In this document: piece by piece, positions 50,261 through 59,624 of the stretch | How positions within the stretch are numbered: the first letter of the stretch is position 1 | How the letters are laid out: each line of letters starts with the position of its first letter | Origin: a virus | Lineage: Duplodnaviria; Heunggongvirae; Uroviricota; Caudoviricetes | Reading direction: 5' to 3' (one strand) | Length of the DNA stretch: 64,000 bases | IMG/VR virus record: IMGVR_UViG_3300008108_000006 | Notes under the pieces: generated by a model | Seen by the model: the letters and a program-made list of their open reading frames with translations, nothing else | The model's database searches: none | Told to the model about the DNA's origin: nothing | Translations under genes and position numbers: made by a program

Positions 50261-52123
50261 TTATCTCAATTCTCTCAAATCGAATGTTCTAACACCATCA
50301 ACGGTAATACGGCCATAGAAGCGATTGTTGACCATCTTCTTCGCGTAACGTGTCATAATACCTTTAATAGGCGTGAAGTTGAATGGATTGTACATCGTTG
50401 GAGTTAATTGTAGAGGTACATACGGTGCGTAAACGTAACCAGTATCCAATAGAGAAGTACCTTTGTGACCCAACAATACTTGGTTTGGTGGGAAGTAAGG
50501 ATCTCTATACACTTGGTAACGACCTGCTAATGTACCAACTCTTTCAATACCCATGTTGTATTGATCTTGCTCAGGAGCCGCGTTTGATACGTGGAAATAT
50601 TCCAAATCATCAAAGATAGCGGATACTTCAGAAGATACAACGATCCAGTTAGCACCACCTCTCAAAGTTGATTTGTGAATTTGAGCGGAGATTTGGTTAA
50701 TTGCTGTGATAAGAGTTTGGTTCCAGTCCTTTTGAGTGTAAGGTGCGAATGATGTAGAAGAAATTCTCTTCCAACCATTATAATCCCATCTCAAGTTCCA
50801 AGCCGCACCTTTTCTAAGGTCACGAAGAATTTCACGGTCAATTTCCGCAGCAACTTGTTCTGACAACAATGCTGTCAATTCAGCTTCAGCGTCAATGTTG
50901 TGGAATGCTGCAACGTCTTGTGCCAATTCAGGAGACCATTGTGCTCTTAATTTTCTTTCTGTTACCGATACAGTTACAGATTCCAAATCAAAAGAAACTT
51001 CACCGATAGCATCTTCAAATTCTAACTCTTTATATCTTCTATAAACCGCTCTGAATGAAGTATTGATAGCTGTTTGAGAAGAGAATGTCGCACCTGTGTA
51101 ACCATCTAAAGAATTAGAACCAAATGTTGCTGGTGATGTAAGATCTACTTCTAAGAAAATAATACCATTTTGTGATGCGATGTTGAAGAATGCTCCTCCG
51201 TTACCCGGTGTGTTAGTCGAAAGGAGTGAGTTATTCCAACTTGTGGTAGTGTTTGTACCGTACTGAACTATACCTTTACCATATTGTTGAGTCACAACTC
51301 TAAATAAGTAAGGGTTATATTGGTTCGCTGATGTGAATGGGTTACTTGATGACCCAAGAATTCTCAAATCAGATAAGAAAGATTCTGTATCCATTTCTTG
51401 ACCATCAGGACCAATAAGTTTACCGTTACCTACGTTAGAAAACCCTGACATACCAATAATTACTTTTTTAGTGTTTGCGTCAAAAGCATATGCTGAAGGT
51501 ACCAAAGCACCATTACTATCAAACGCAAATGTTGCAGTGTCAGCAGTTACTAACCACCAAGGACCTTTAGAATAGTCGAAAAGACCTGCTGGGTCTAAAC
51601 CAGGTTCAGTTCCTTCATAGAACAAATCATAGAGATTTTTTGAATATGTGTTGTTATAGTTACCGGTACCAAGTGTTGTTGTATATCCTCCATTTGGATC
51701 ACCAGGATAGTTACCTGGAGAACCGATAGGTGGAATATGTTGTCCTGAAGCACCATTAGTTTGATAATAGTTACTACCACCACTATAACCCTGAATTTTA
51801 GGTACGAAGTAGAACAATTTACCGATAGGTAAGTTCATTGCTTGTACAGAAACGATATCATTTGCTAACAACTTAGAGAATACACGTCTGATGATAGGAA
51901 ATACAACCGTTTCAAAAGAACCTGAATCTGCAGTCGATGTTGATTCGTTTATTAAAAAAGATGCTTGGTTTTCATACAATTGAGCCATGTTCTCTTTCAA
52001 GTGACCGCTCAAACCTTCAAGGAACCCAAGCTTGTTCCATTTGTTAATAGTATCTTCTTTGATAACTTTTAGGTGCTTAAGACCAATGTTACCAACAAGA
52101 CCGCTTTCTAATAATGCTCCCAT
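50261..52123 (-). CDS. gp23: Major capsid protein (T4 gp23-like)
   Basis: VSVQAMNLP.G, RKLRAQWSPELAQD..AFH.IDAEAEL, EIDREI, YAPYVPL, FTP..GIMTRY. Confidence 0.95.
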   Translation of the reverse strand: MGALLESGLVGNIGLKHLKVIKEDTINKWNKLGFLEGLSGHLKENMAQLYENQASFLINESTSTADSGSFETVVFPIIRRVFSKLLANDIVSVQAMNLPIGKLFYFVPKIQGYSGGSNYYQTNGASGQHIPPIGSPGNYPGDPNGGYTTTLGTGNYNNTYSKNLYDLFYEGTEPGLDPAGLFDYSKGPWWLVTADTATFAFDSNGALVPSAYAFDANTKKVIIGMSGFSNVGNGKLIGPDGQEMDTESFLSDLRILGSSSNPFTSANQYNPYLFRVVTQQYGKGIVQYGTNTTTSWNNSLLSTNTPGNGGAFFNIASQNGIIFLEVDLTSPATFGSNSLDGYTGATFSSQTAINTSFRAVYRRYKELEFEDAIGEVSFDLESVTVSVTERKLRAQWSPELAQDVAAFHNIDAEAELTALLSEQVAAEIDREILRDLRKGAAWNLRWDYNGWKRISSTSFAPYTQKDWNQTLITAINQISAQIHKSTLRGGANWIVVSSEVSAIFDDLEYFHVSNAAPEQDQYNMGIERVGTLAGRYQVYRDPYFPPNQVLLGHKGTSLLDTGYVYAPYVPLQLTPTMYNPFNFTPIKGIMTRYAKKMVNNRFYGRITVDGVRTFDLRELR

Positions 52124-52187
52124 TTTAATTTTTATTTAAGGAAATTTATTTTTTATTTTACAATTTTTGACATAATGTCTTTCATTC

Positions 52188-53537
52188 TTAAAAACTGAGG
52201 ATTTTCATAATAGCGTAAGCCAAGTTTGAGTTGAATACCGCAACTTCATTTAATTTGTCTCTGAAAATATTCAATGCTTTTCTATACTCTTCATTTTTTG
52301 ATCTTAAAACATCAATTTCACTTTCAAGATTTAAATTTCTGTTCGGCGTAAAACCTTTTCTTAAACCACGTCCGCTCTTAGAACCAAATGCGTATGATCT
52401 TGAAGCTTCTTTAGTTTCTTTTTTGAAAGGTCTCATTTCTTTTTTCATAGCACCATCCAAGGATCCTTCTTTGAATTCAAACTTAGCTTTACCTAATTTT
52501 GCACCACTACCGATTTTATATTCGTGTTTTCCACCAGTGTTACCTTTATCAAAATCAGATTTTTGATTTGTTTTGTAATCAAAAGAAGGTTTACCTGTTT
52601 TAGCACCTTTACCTACAACGGGTTTTGATTCACCCATTTCTTTATGTGTAGATCTCTTAGATGGTTTTGTCATTTTAGATTTACCCATCATACCCATAGA
52701 CATTACAGGTTTGATTTTACCCATTGGTTTTTTCATAGACTCGTTCATATAAGATTCTTCCTCCATGTCTTCTTCTTCCATTTCAATTTCGTACATGATG
52801 TCATCAATATCCATTTCCATGTCCATTTCATCATCATCCATACCCATTTCCATGTCCATGTCTTCTTCCATTTCGATTTCGTACATGATACCTTCTTCTT
52901 CCTCTTCTTCTTCGGATTCTTCATCCATTTCGTTCATGTAAGATTCTTCTTCTTCATCATACATTTCACTGAAAAGTTTGTCCATAAGTTCATCAGAATC
53001 TTCATCGGAAAAATCAAATTCATCTTCCATCTCGTCTAACTCATCTTCTTCCTCATTCATGCGAATAAGAAATTCAGAATCATCCTCTTCGTCTTTGATG
53101 TTTAAAAAATTACCATCTTTAACAACTTCAATTTTGTCGTTAGGTCCAAGTTTTTTGAAAACAGCAGCAACTTCTTCGGGACTAGCGTTAGTAAGATCTA
53201 AGGTTTCAGAATCATCTTCCATATCCATATCAAATTCCATTTCGTCCTCGTCTTCCATGTCCATATCAATCTCCATTTCGTCCTCGTCTTCCATTTCATC
53301 CTCATTTTCGTCAGAATCCATTTCGTCCTCATCTTCCATGTCAACATCAATTTCCATTTCGTCCTCGTCTTCTTCGGGTTTATCTTTAGCCTCTACCATC
53401 AAAGACTCTTTTACCAATTCAGAGATTTCTTCCTTCATTGTAGAAGAAAGTATTCCTTTTGCATTTTCAGCGATGACTTCTTCCAAACCTTTGATTTGGT
53501 TCATCACATCTTCAGCTAATGACTTTTTGTCTGCCAT
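52188..53537 (-). CDS. Prohead scaffold/core protein (acidic); C-terminus appears frameshifted
   Basis: Lies between protease and MCP; D/E/M-rich repeats; NEVAVFNSNLAYA. Confidence 0.7.
   Translation of the reverse strand: MADKKSLAEDVMNQIKGLEEVIAENAKGILSSTMKEEISELVKESLMVEAKDKPEEDEDEMEIDVDMEDEDEMDSDENEDEMEDEDEMEIDMDMEDEDEMEFDMDMEDDSETLDLTNASPEEVAAVFKKLGPNDKIEVVKDGNFLNIKDEEDDSEFLIRMNEEEDELDEMEDEFDFSDEDSDELMDKLFSEMYDEEEESYMNEMDEESEEEEEEEGIMYEIEMEEDMDMEMGMDDDEMDMEMDIDDIMYEIEMEEEDMEEESYMNESMKKPMGKIKPVMSMGMMGKSKMTKPSKRSTHKEMGESKPVVGKGAKTGKPSFDYKTNQKSDFDKGNTGGKHEYKIGSGAKLGKAKFEFKEGSLDGAMKKEMRPFKKETKEASRSYAFGSKSGRGLRKGFTPNRNLNLESEIDVLRSKNEEYRKALNIFRDKLNEVAVFNSNLAYAIMKILSF
53209..53372 (-). repeat. 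Coding tandem repeats (EDEDEME[I/F]D.DM) in the scaffold gene
   Basis: Repeated CCATTTCGTCCTCGTCTTC units. Confidence 0.7.
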
Positions 53538-53603
53538 ATTAATTATAGTTTTGTTAATAAATATATGGAAAAATCAAAAAATCACTTTGTTACATATAAA
53601 AAC

Positions 53604-53636
53604 AAAAAAACCCCCGACTTTCGCCGAGGGTTAACC
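53604..53636 (-). terminator. Rho-independent terminator
   Basis: Minus strand AACCCTCGGC-GAAA-GTCGGGGGTT followed by a T-tract. Confidence 0.75.
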
Positions 53637-53653
53637 CTAAAAATTAAAAACAA

Positions 53654-53869
53654 TTAGTCTTTATCAAAAACTTCATTGATTTTACTCTCTGATACTGAAG
53701 TGATCCTCCATTCGTGAGGGAACCCTTCATATTTCTTCGTTACAATTGCTTCAACATCGGTAACCGATATTGCATTAACCAATTTCTCTTCACGAATTTT
53801 TTTAATACGACCTGTGTTTTCATCAGGTAAATCGTATTGAACTTTTGCTACAAAATATTTTTCTTCCAT
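53654..53869 (-). CDS. DUF4494-like small protein (Bacteroidota family)
   Basis: YFVAKVQY....G..KK..E..LV.A.S.T..EA pattern. Confidence 0.6.
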   Translation of the reverse strand: MEEKYFVAKVQYDLPDENTGRIKKIREEKLVNAISVTDVEAIVTKKYEGFPHEWRITSVSESKINEVFDKD

Positions 53870-53942
53870 AATATAAATTTACTTACCCAAATAATGCGAA
53901 AGTTTTTTCATAAGGTCAAGCGATTTGTTTTCAAAAGAAGAA

Positions 53943-54518
53943 TTATGTTGATGGAGATGATACCAAGTCAAAACAAATTAACTCAAAATCACCTTGAACT
54001 TCGTTTTGTTCTCCAACTTTTTTAAGTGATCCAACACCCCTTGAAGAAATCCCTAATGTAACCCCTTGTCTTAATAGGTTTGCTGCTTGGTCACCTTTTG
54101 TTGATACAATACCTCTTTCATGGAATCCTGGTGATGTTAGTAGTTTAAGTTTTCCTAAACACACATTTCCATCCCACCATATTTCGGTTATCGCATGTGA
54201 TACACGATCAAGATCAATTAATGATGACTCGGGGTGGTTTAATTCGGATAAAGCAGTTCCCTTGTTGATTGCCTTTTTATAGTTATCAACCTCTCTTCTT
54301 AATATGCTTTCGGGATAAATCCTACCGTTCCTATTTGGTGTATTATATTTTTGTAACACAGCATAAAATTCAAAAGGTTTGGAATAATCTAACATATTCT
54401 TTGATTCTTCCAAAACTTTTCTATTCATTCTATCTTGTGGATCGATATATCCCGCGTCCCACTCAACTAATATTCCTTTACCTATTTCGTTTGGTCCTAA
54501 AATTTTCATAAACGTCAT
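53943..54518 (-). CDS. gp21: Prohead maturation protease (T4 gp21-like); C-terminus appears truncated
   Basis: NRNGRIYP, ELNHP (His), ISSRGVGS (Ser), FDLVSSPST (Asp). Confidence 0.9.
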   Translation of the reverse strand: MTFMKILGPNEIGKGILVEWDAGYIDPQDRMNRKVLEESKNMLDYSKPFEFYAVLQKYNTPNRNGRIYPESILRREVDNYKKAINKGTALSELNHPESSLIDLDRVSHAITEIWWDGNVCLGKLKLLTSPGFHERGIVSTKGDQAANLLRQGVTLGISSRGVGSLKKVGEQNEVQGDFELICFDLVSSPST

Positions 54519-54533
54519 TTTGATATAAATATA

Positions 54534-54980
54534 TCAATATTCCATCTGTGGTTCTTTTTTTGATAATGAAAAATTAAAGTCATCTGAATTTATGAAACAA
54601 TCAACATATATTGAGTCACAAATTTCTTTAATATTGTCTTTAATAATTGTTTCTCTGAAATCTATATTTTGATTGGTAAATAAGGTTATTTCCAAATTTC
54701 CGAAACTTTTTTTACCATAAGATAACCCACTCATTTTAACATCCAAATCAATAATGAAATTTTCTTTGAATAATTTTTTATCTATGGTGTCTGTAACAAC
54801 CTGTTTTATATTTCTTTGTAAGATTGTAATTGGTTTATTCCATTTTTCAAATTCTTTGGTTGGTGATAACCACGATTGAAAATTGATGTAAATTGATTTT
54901 AATTCTTTTGAATCTACCGTGCCGTATGTAACTTTCGTATTCTTATACCCACTTAATTTAGAAGTTTTACCCTTCTTCAT
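54534..54980 (-). CDS. Hypothetical protein in the head module
   Basis: 148-aa ORF. Confidence 0.6.
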   Translation of the reverse strand: MKKGKTSKLSGYKNTKVTYGTVDSKELKSIYINFQSWLSPTKEFEKWNKPITILQRNIKQVVTDTIDKKLFKENFIIDLDVKMSGLSYGKKSFGNLEITLFTNQNIDFRETIIKDNIKEICDSIYVDCFINSDDFNFSLSKKEPQMEY

Positions 54981-55049
54981 TATTTAATAACATATTAGTA
55001 ATATTTATTTTTACATAATACATAAAACATAAAAACCAAAAAGTCAAAA

Positions 55050-55238
55050 ATGATAATAGTTGAAGTAAGTGATTTTAAATCACTTGATAAAGCACTTAAA
55101 CATTATAAGATGAAAGTGATTAAAACAAAACAGATGGATATTCTGTATGGTAACAGAGAATATGTTAAAAAATCTGTTAAACGTAGAACTGAGATTAACA
55201 AAGCAAAATATAATCAAAAAAAGAAGGACTTAGATTAA
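55050..55238 (+). CDS. rpsU: Ribosomal protein bS21
   Basis: IVEV....SLDKALK.YK.K...........EYVKKSVKRR....KAKY; antisense within the head module, as reported for bS21-carrying phages. Confidence 0.85.
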   Translation: MIIVEVSDFKSLDKALKHYKMKVIKTKQMDILYGNREYVKKSVKRRTEINKAKYNQKKKDLD

Positions 55239-55933
55239 AGTCCTTCGTATAAGTTTTGTAGTTTTAAGTAATTAATTTTATTAAACGGTTCCTTTTCAAC
55301 TGTTTGAACAGTCTCATTGAGTTTCTGTTTAATTTCTTCATCATTATTTGTTAATATGTGATTCTTCAACTTAATTAACGTATTTTCTTTTAATACATCA
55401 AAATCAGGTTTTAATTCATCTTCTTTTTTGGAAAATACTTCATCCAGCTGTTGTAACACCTCGGGTTCCAAACCATCAATATATTTTTCCAAATTGTATT
55501 TAACGACGTTCTCAACAAAAGGAACAAATTGTTTTTTCACAACATCTTTGGATTCAGTTAAAGTTGAAACCAATTGTTTTTTGTTTTCAATATTTTCCGT
55601 GATTTTTAACACGTCCTCTTTTAATAAAGAATCTATTTTAACATATTGATTTTCACAAACAACATCCTTAACCCAATTTTTAAGATCAATTAAAAATAAA
55701 TGATCTTTTTTATTTTTAATTGTTTTGATACTTTCTTCCAAATATTCCTTGGCAACGTCCGAACTCATACCTTGCTTAGTTGTAAGGTTCGAATATAAAT
55801 AATAACATTCACTAAGCATTTTGTTTGAAATAACAATATTTTTGAAATTACTTATTTCAGTCTTGAATGTTTGATTGATGTATGAGTCATTTAATTTTTT
55901 CTCAACCTTAGAGAATAATAATCCTAATTCCAT
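55235..55933 (-). CDS. Hypothetical head-module protein
   Basis: 232-aa ORF downstream of portal; late motif upstream. Confidence 0.6.
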   Translation of the reverse strand: MELGLLFSKVEKKLNDSYINQTFKTEISNFKNIVISNKMLSECYYLYSNLTTKQGMSSDVAKEYLEESIKTIKNKKDHLFLIDLKNWVKDVVCENQYVKIDSLLKEDVLKITENIENKKQLVSTLTESKDVVKKQFVPFVENVVKYNLEKYIDGLEPEVLQQLDEVFSKKEDELKPDFDVLKENTLIKLKNHILTNNDEEIKQKLNETVQTVEKEPFNKINYLKLQNLYEGL

Positions 55934-55959
55934 TTTTTCTTTTTTTAATAAATACTTTA

Positions 55960-57774
55960 TTAATCGTTTAATAACTTATTAAACTCTTCATTTAAGTCAT
56001 CAATTGATTTATTTCCCTTTTTTAGATCAAAATACTCATCAACACTTAATTCAGATTCAAAAATTAAATTGAATTTTTTATCAACACTTGCAGTTTCTAA
56101 CCCTGGTTCAGGACCTCCGGGTGGTGGGGGTGGTGGTGGTTCACCCAATCCTCCACCTAAACCACCTTCAAGACCTCCTCCGGGTGGAGGGGGTGCTGCC
56201 GCGGGTGCTGCTGCAGCATCAGTAGGTGTTGGACCCTCAGTGTATAACTTATCCAACGTATCAAATAAACCGGTTTTCTTAATAACATTTGGTGTATTTG
56301 TAAGTTCTGTGGATACCGCTTTTTCAATTCTCTGTTGTTGTAAGTCTAACTTAATATCCTCATCAGAAAATCCGAGAATGTGCTTTTTAGCCCAAGAAAC
56401 CGATGCGGGAGCAATACCCTCAATAGGTGTAACAGTGTCTTTATACGCCATCAATTTTTCTTTCCAAACATCAATCTTCAATAGATCTGCCTGTGTTGAT
56501 GGATTTGTTAAACTCAATGTGAAGTTTGATAATTCATCTTCAAACCCTAAAATAAACAAGTGTATAATTGCAATCTTATTTAATTCCTGCAACATACTTT
56601 TTTGAATACGATTAATGGTTCTTGCAAACCTAATATCCAAAAGTGCCAAATCTTTACCATTACCCACAACTTCTTCAAATCCTAAAAATGCTTTAGGTAT
56701 TCTAAGTGCGGTAACCAACTTTTTTTGTATGTATTCAATATCGGCAATTTCGGATAAGTTTTGAGCACCTTGTAAGGTATCAATCGGTGATGCTTGTGCA
56801 ACATCACGAACAGGGACAAAATAATCTTGATCCACAGCCATTTGATTATACCTCAAATCAACGTTACCCGTTTGGTCATCAACAATCGGTTGTCGTTTAA
56901 AACGGTTCGCAAACTTTTGTACATAAGAATCCACATCATCATCATCCATATTTCCAACAAACACTTTAAACACCCTTCTTTCGGGTGCTCGTGATGTTCT
57001 ATAAATTAACATCGCATCTTCCGCTAATACCAATTGTTTCCAAATTCTTCTTGCTTTTTCTAACATGGAAGTACCATAAGGTAGTTTTCTATCATCACCC
57101 AATAATCTAAAGTGAGCGATTTCCCAAGTGTTAAACTCTAATTGCTTATTCTTCCATGCAAACTTCATTGATTTCATTTCGGGAGCACCCTCACCAACTC
57201 TTGGTCCCATATGCATTCCACGTTCCAAACGTTCAATTTCAATATTTGGTAATTGGAAGTTACCAACAATACCATTTTCGGGATCTAATTTTAGATACAC
57301 AAAGTTGTCACCATATTTACAAGTATTTCTTGTCCACATAGCCAAATTTGTATTGATATCCAAAACGTTATTAAACAAATCCGCCAATATTGATTTTATT
57401 CTTTTTGATTCAGAATAAATTTGAAGAATGTGACCGTTTTCATCCACAGTTGTGGATTCTTCAGCATATATATCAAGTGCCGCAGATATTTCGGGGGTAT
57501 ATTCCATACTTTCGTAATCATACGCCGCCGCCAATCTAGTAGGACCATAATATATTGATTGTTGATATAAATTGTTCTCAATCTTAGCCCAATGCCCCGT
57601 TAAATATTTTGATTGTTTTGCTTGGAGTTTTTCCTTCTCATATTCCGACTTATCAGTGGTTTTTAATAGAACCTCCTTATCAAATTTGAATGTTGGATAA
57701 TCATTATTAATCAATGAGTCAGGACCCATTGTTTTTGACAATCTCTGCCAAATAGTTAGTTTTTTATTTTCCAT
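55960..57774 (-). CDS. gp20: Portal protein (T4 gp20-like)
   Basis: PEISAALDIYAEE, LAEDAMLIYR..RAPERRVF..FVGNM, DYFVP.R, DIEY.QKKL..AL.IP; Pro/Gly-rich tail. Confidence 0.93.
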   Translation of the reverse strand: MENKKLTIWQRLSKTMGPDSLINNDYPTFKFDKEVLLKTTDKSEYEKEKLQAKQSKYLTGHWAKIENNLYQQSIYYGPTRLAAAYDYESMEYTPEISAALDIYAEESTTVDENGHILQIYSESKRIKSILADLFNNVLDINTNLAMWTRNTCKYGDNFVYLKLDPENGIVGNFQLPNIEIERLERGMHMGPRVGEGAPEMKSMKFAWKNKQLEFNTWEIAHFRLLGDDRKLPYGTSMLEKARRIWKQLVLAEDAMLIYRTSRAPERRVFKVFVGNMDDDDVDSYVQKFANRFKRQPIVDDQTGNVDLRYNQMAVDQDYFVPVRDVAQASPIDTLQGAQNLSEIADIEYIQKKLVTALRIPKAFLGFEEVVGNGKDLALLDIRFARTINRIQKSMLQELNKIAIIHLFILGFEDELSNFTLSLTNPSTQADLLKIDVWKEKLMAYKDTVTPIEGIAPASVSWAKKHILGFSDEDIKLDLQQQRIEKAVSTELTNTPNVIKKTGLFDTLDKLYTEGPTPTDAAAAPAAAPPPPGGGLEGGLGGGLGEPPPPPPPGGPEPGLETASVDKKFNLIFESELSVDEYFDLKKGNKSIDDLNEEFNKLLND

Positions 57775-57810
57775 ATTATAAACTTACGGTTTTTTCTTTA
57801 CAATTAAATA

Positions 57811-59577
57811 TTATCTTCCCTTTCCACCGAACAACCAATTATAATTTTGGTAATCCTGTCTTGTAGGTCCGTTTTTTCTTACGTGTTGTTGATTATTAAA
57901 TGATGGGGTCATCGGACTAAAAAAGTTCTCTTTTAACATAGGACTTTCCGCCACCTGCCACGCATCAATCAATGCTTTAGTTTGTTCAGTAACTTTTGTC
58001 AATGATGAAAAAGAATTTTCACCAACATATATCGCCATAGCAAGGGACATCAATAAATCATCGTGTTGTCCTTTTTGGTGATCAGCACGACCATTGACAT
58101 ACACAAACGTTCTCATCTCGTTTAACAAACGATTACTTCTAATCTTATATCCGTGTCTTACCTTCTCCTCCAACGCACCAATAATCTGTTCTCTCTTACT
58201 ATTAAAATTCAAACCAGGAACTTTATTTGCTGCTTTAGGGTCAAACTTCCATCTATTCTGATAATCCACGCCATCAAAAAATAAATTCTTATATCCAAGT
58301 TCTTGAAGTTTCCTTGCCGTGGATACCCCCATACCACCGGTAATATCAATCACAATAAACGCATCATACATTGTTGCCCATTTATAACAGATCTCCGCAG
58401 CAACATCAGGTGGTATTTTTCCAAGATATTCCACAACTTGTTCCTGATCATCAAAATCAACGATTTGGAACGTCGTAAAGTCCTCACTATCCCCTCTTGA
58501 TACATCGACCCCCATAATGTATTTATGACCCGGTATGGGGTCTTTCCATATCCATAGAGCACCCCCCAACATTCTTCCCGCAGGTTCTTGAATTAAGTTG
58601 TTATTGATTCTCGCAATATCCGTCTGATCAAATACGTTATCACCCGAACCAAGGAAGTTACATTCCAACTCTTGAGAAACTTTTCGTTTGTCAAACTTTA
58701 ACTTCTTTACCATCTTTTCAAACCAATCTGAAGATGGTGAATACCCATTCTTTAATAAATCACGGATCTCATCAAAATCCCTATTTTCAAATGGTATTGA
58801 AGAATAATCAATCAAAGTTTCTTTACCATATTCCTCCCTGTTCAAAAAGTAATGAATAATGTTTTCTGTTTTAACCAAATATAAATCTTTAGTATATCTC
58901 GGATCCTTCCACCAAACCATCTCAGATATTTTGAAATCGTTCATATTTTTAACCGCTTGGTCATAGATCTCATAATAAATCGGATCAAAACCATTCGGGG
59001 TTGAGATAACAATTACCTTACCACCCGTAGATAGTGATGCCATACATGCTGCCCAAAAATCACCATCGGCTTCAATATACGCCGCCTCGTCAAATATCAA
59101 TATCGTTGGGGTATAACCACGAAGTGCATCCTTAGAAGTTGCAACCGCTTTAACCTCACATCCGTTTGTTAACTTGAAATGTCTCTGTGAGTTTTTTTCA
59201 GGTGAGAATCCAACACCAACCCAACCAGGCCATTGTTCTGTAAACCCCCTAACCTTATTTGCCATTTCCACGGCAGTGTCTAACTTATTGGCAATTATCA
59301 AAATCTTTTCAGGTTTTTGTTTCATTGCAAAAACCAATTTTTTACTTGCCCACGCAGCGGTAACCGTAGAAACCCCCGCCTGTCTATATTTTAGTGCAAT
59401 GTTTTCATTATACGTATCATAGTCGTTTAATAATCCGATTTGATCGGGAAAACAATCTACAGGTACATATTTTTGAACCGTATTATCATAAGTCTGTAAA
59501 TACGTTCTCAGTGCATATGGTGTATCTTTCATACACCTTGCATATTCTATTAAGATTTGCTCTTTTGTAAGTGCCAT
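57811..59577 (-). CDS. gp17: Terminase large subunit (T4 gp17-like)
   Basis: KYRQAGVST (Walker A), IFDEAA (Walker B), ISTPNG, QELEC.F, GVDVSRG, HDDLLM. Confidence 0.95.
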   Translation of the reverse strand: MALTKEQILIEYARCMKDTPYALRTYLQTYDNTVQKYVPVDCFPDQIGLLNDYDTYNENIALKYRQAGVSTVTAAWASKKLVFAMKQKPEKILIIANKLDTAVEMANKVRGFTEQWPGWVGVGFSPEKNSQRHFKLTNGCEVKAVATSKDALRGYTPTILIFDEAAYIEADGDFWAACMASLSTGGKVIVISTPNGFDPIYYEIYDQAVKNMNDFKISEMVWWKDPRYTKDLYLVKTENIIHYFLNREEYGKETLIDYSSIPFENRDFDEIRDLLKNGYSPSSDWFEKMVKKLKFDKRKVSQELECNFLGSGDNVFDQTDIARINNNLIQEPAGRMLGGALWIWKDPIPGHKYIMGVDVSRGDSEDFTTFQIVDFDDQEQVVEYLGKIPPDVAAEICYKWATMYDAFIVIDITGGMGVSTARKLQELGYKNLFFDGVDYQNRWKFDPKAANKVPGLNFNSKREQIIGALEEKVRHGYKIRSNRLLNEMRTFVYVNGRADHQKGQHDDLLMSLAMAIYVGENSFSSLTKVTEQTKALIDAWQVAESPMLKENFFSPMTPSFNNQQHVRKNGPTRQDYQNYNWLFGGKGR

Positions 59578-59590
59578 AACTATAAATATT

Positions 59591-59616
59591 AAAAAAGGGG
59601 ATTAAAAATCCCCTTT
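59591..59616 (-). terminator. Rho-independent terminator
   Basis: Minus strand AAAGGGGATT-TTT-AATCCCCTTT followed by a T-tract. Confidence 0.75.
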
Positions 59617-59624
59617 CAAATATT

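Noticed and set aside
52231-53634. Plus-strand Ser-rich and His/Phe-rich ORFs
   Set aside because: Antisense shadows of the acidic scaffold repeats.
52153-53950. Programmed frameshifting as the explanation for the scaffold and protease ends
   Set aside because: No slippery heptamer is present, the two shifts differ in direction, and conserved residues appear to be missing rather than shifted.
56069-56605. Gly/Pro-rich plus-strand ORF and local GC-rich island
   Set aside because: Antisense of the portal's low-complexity Pro/Gly tail, not a foreign insertion.
50261-59577. Introns or inteins in MCP, portal or terminase
   Set aside because: The frames are continuous and of expected length, with no intein splice-junction motifs evident.
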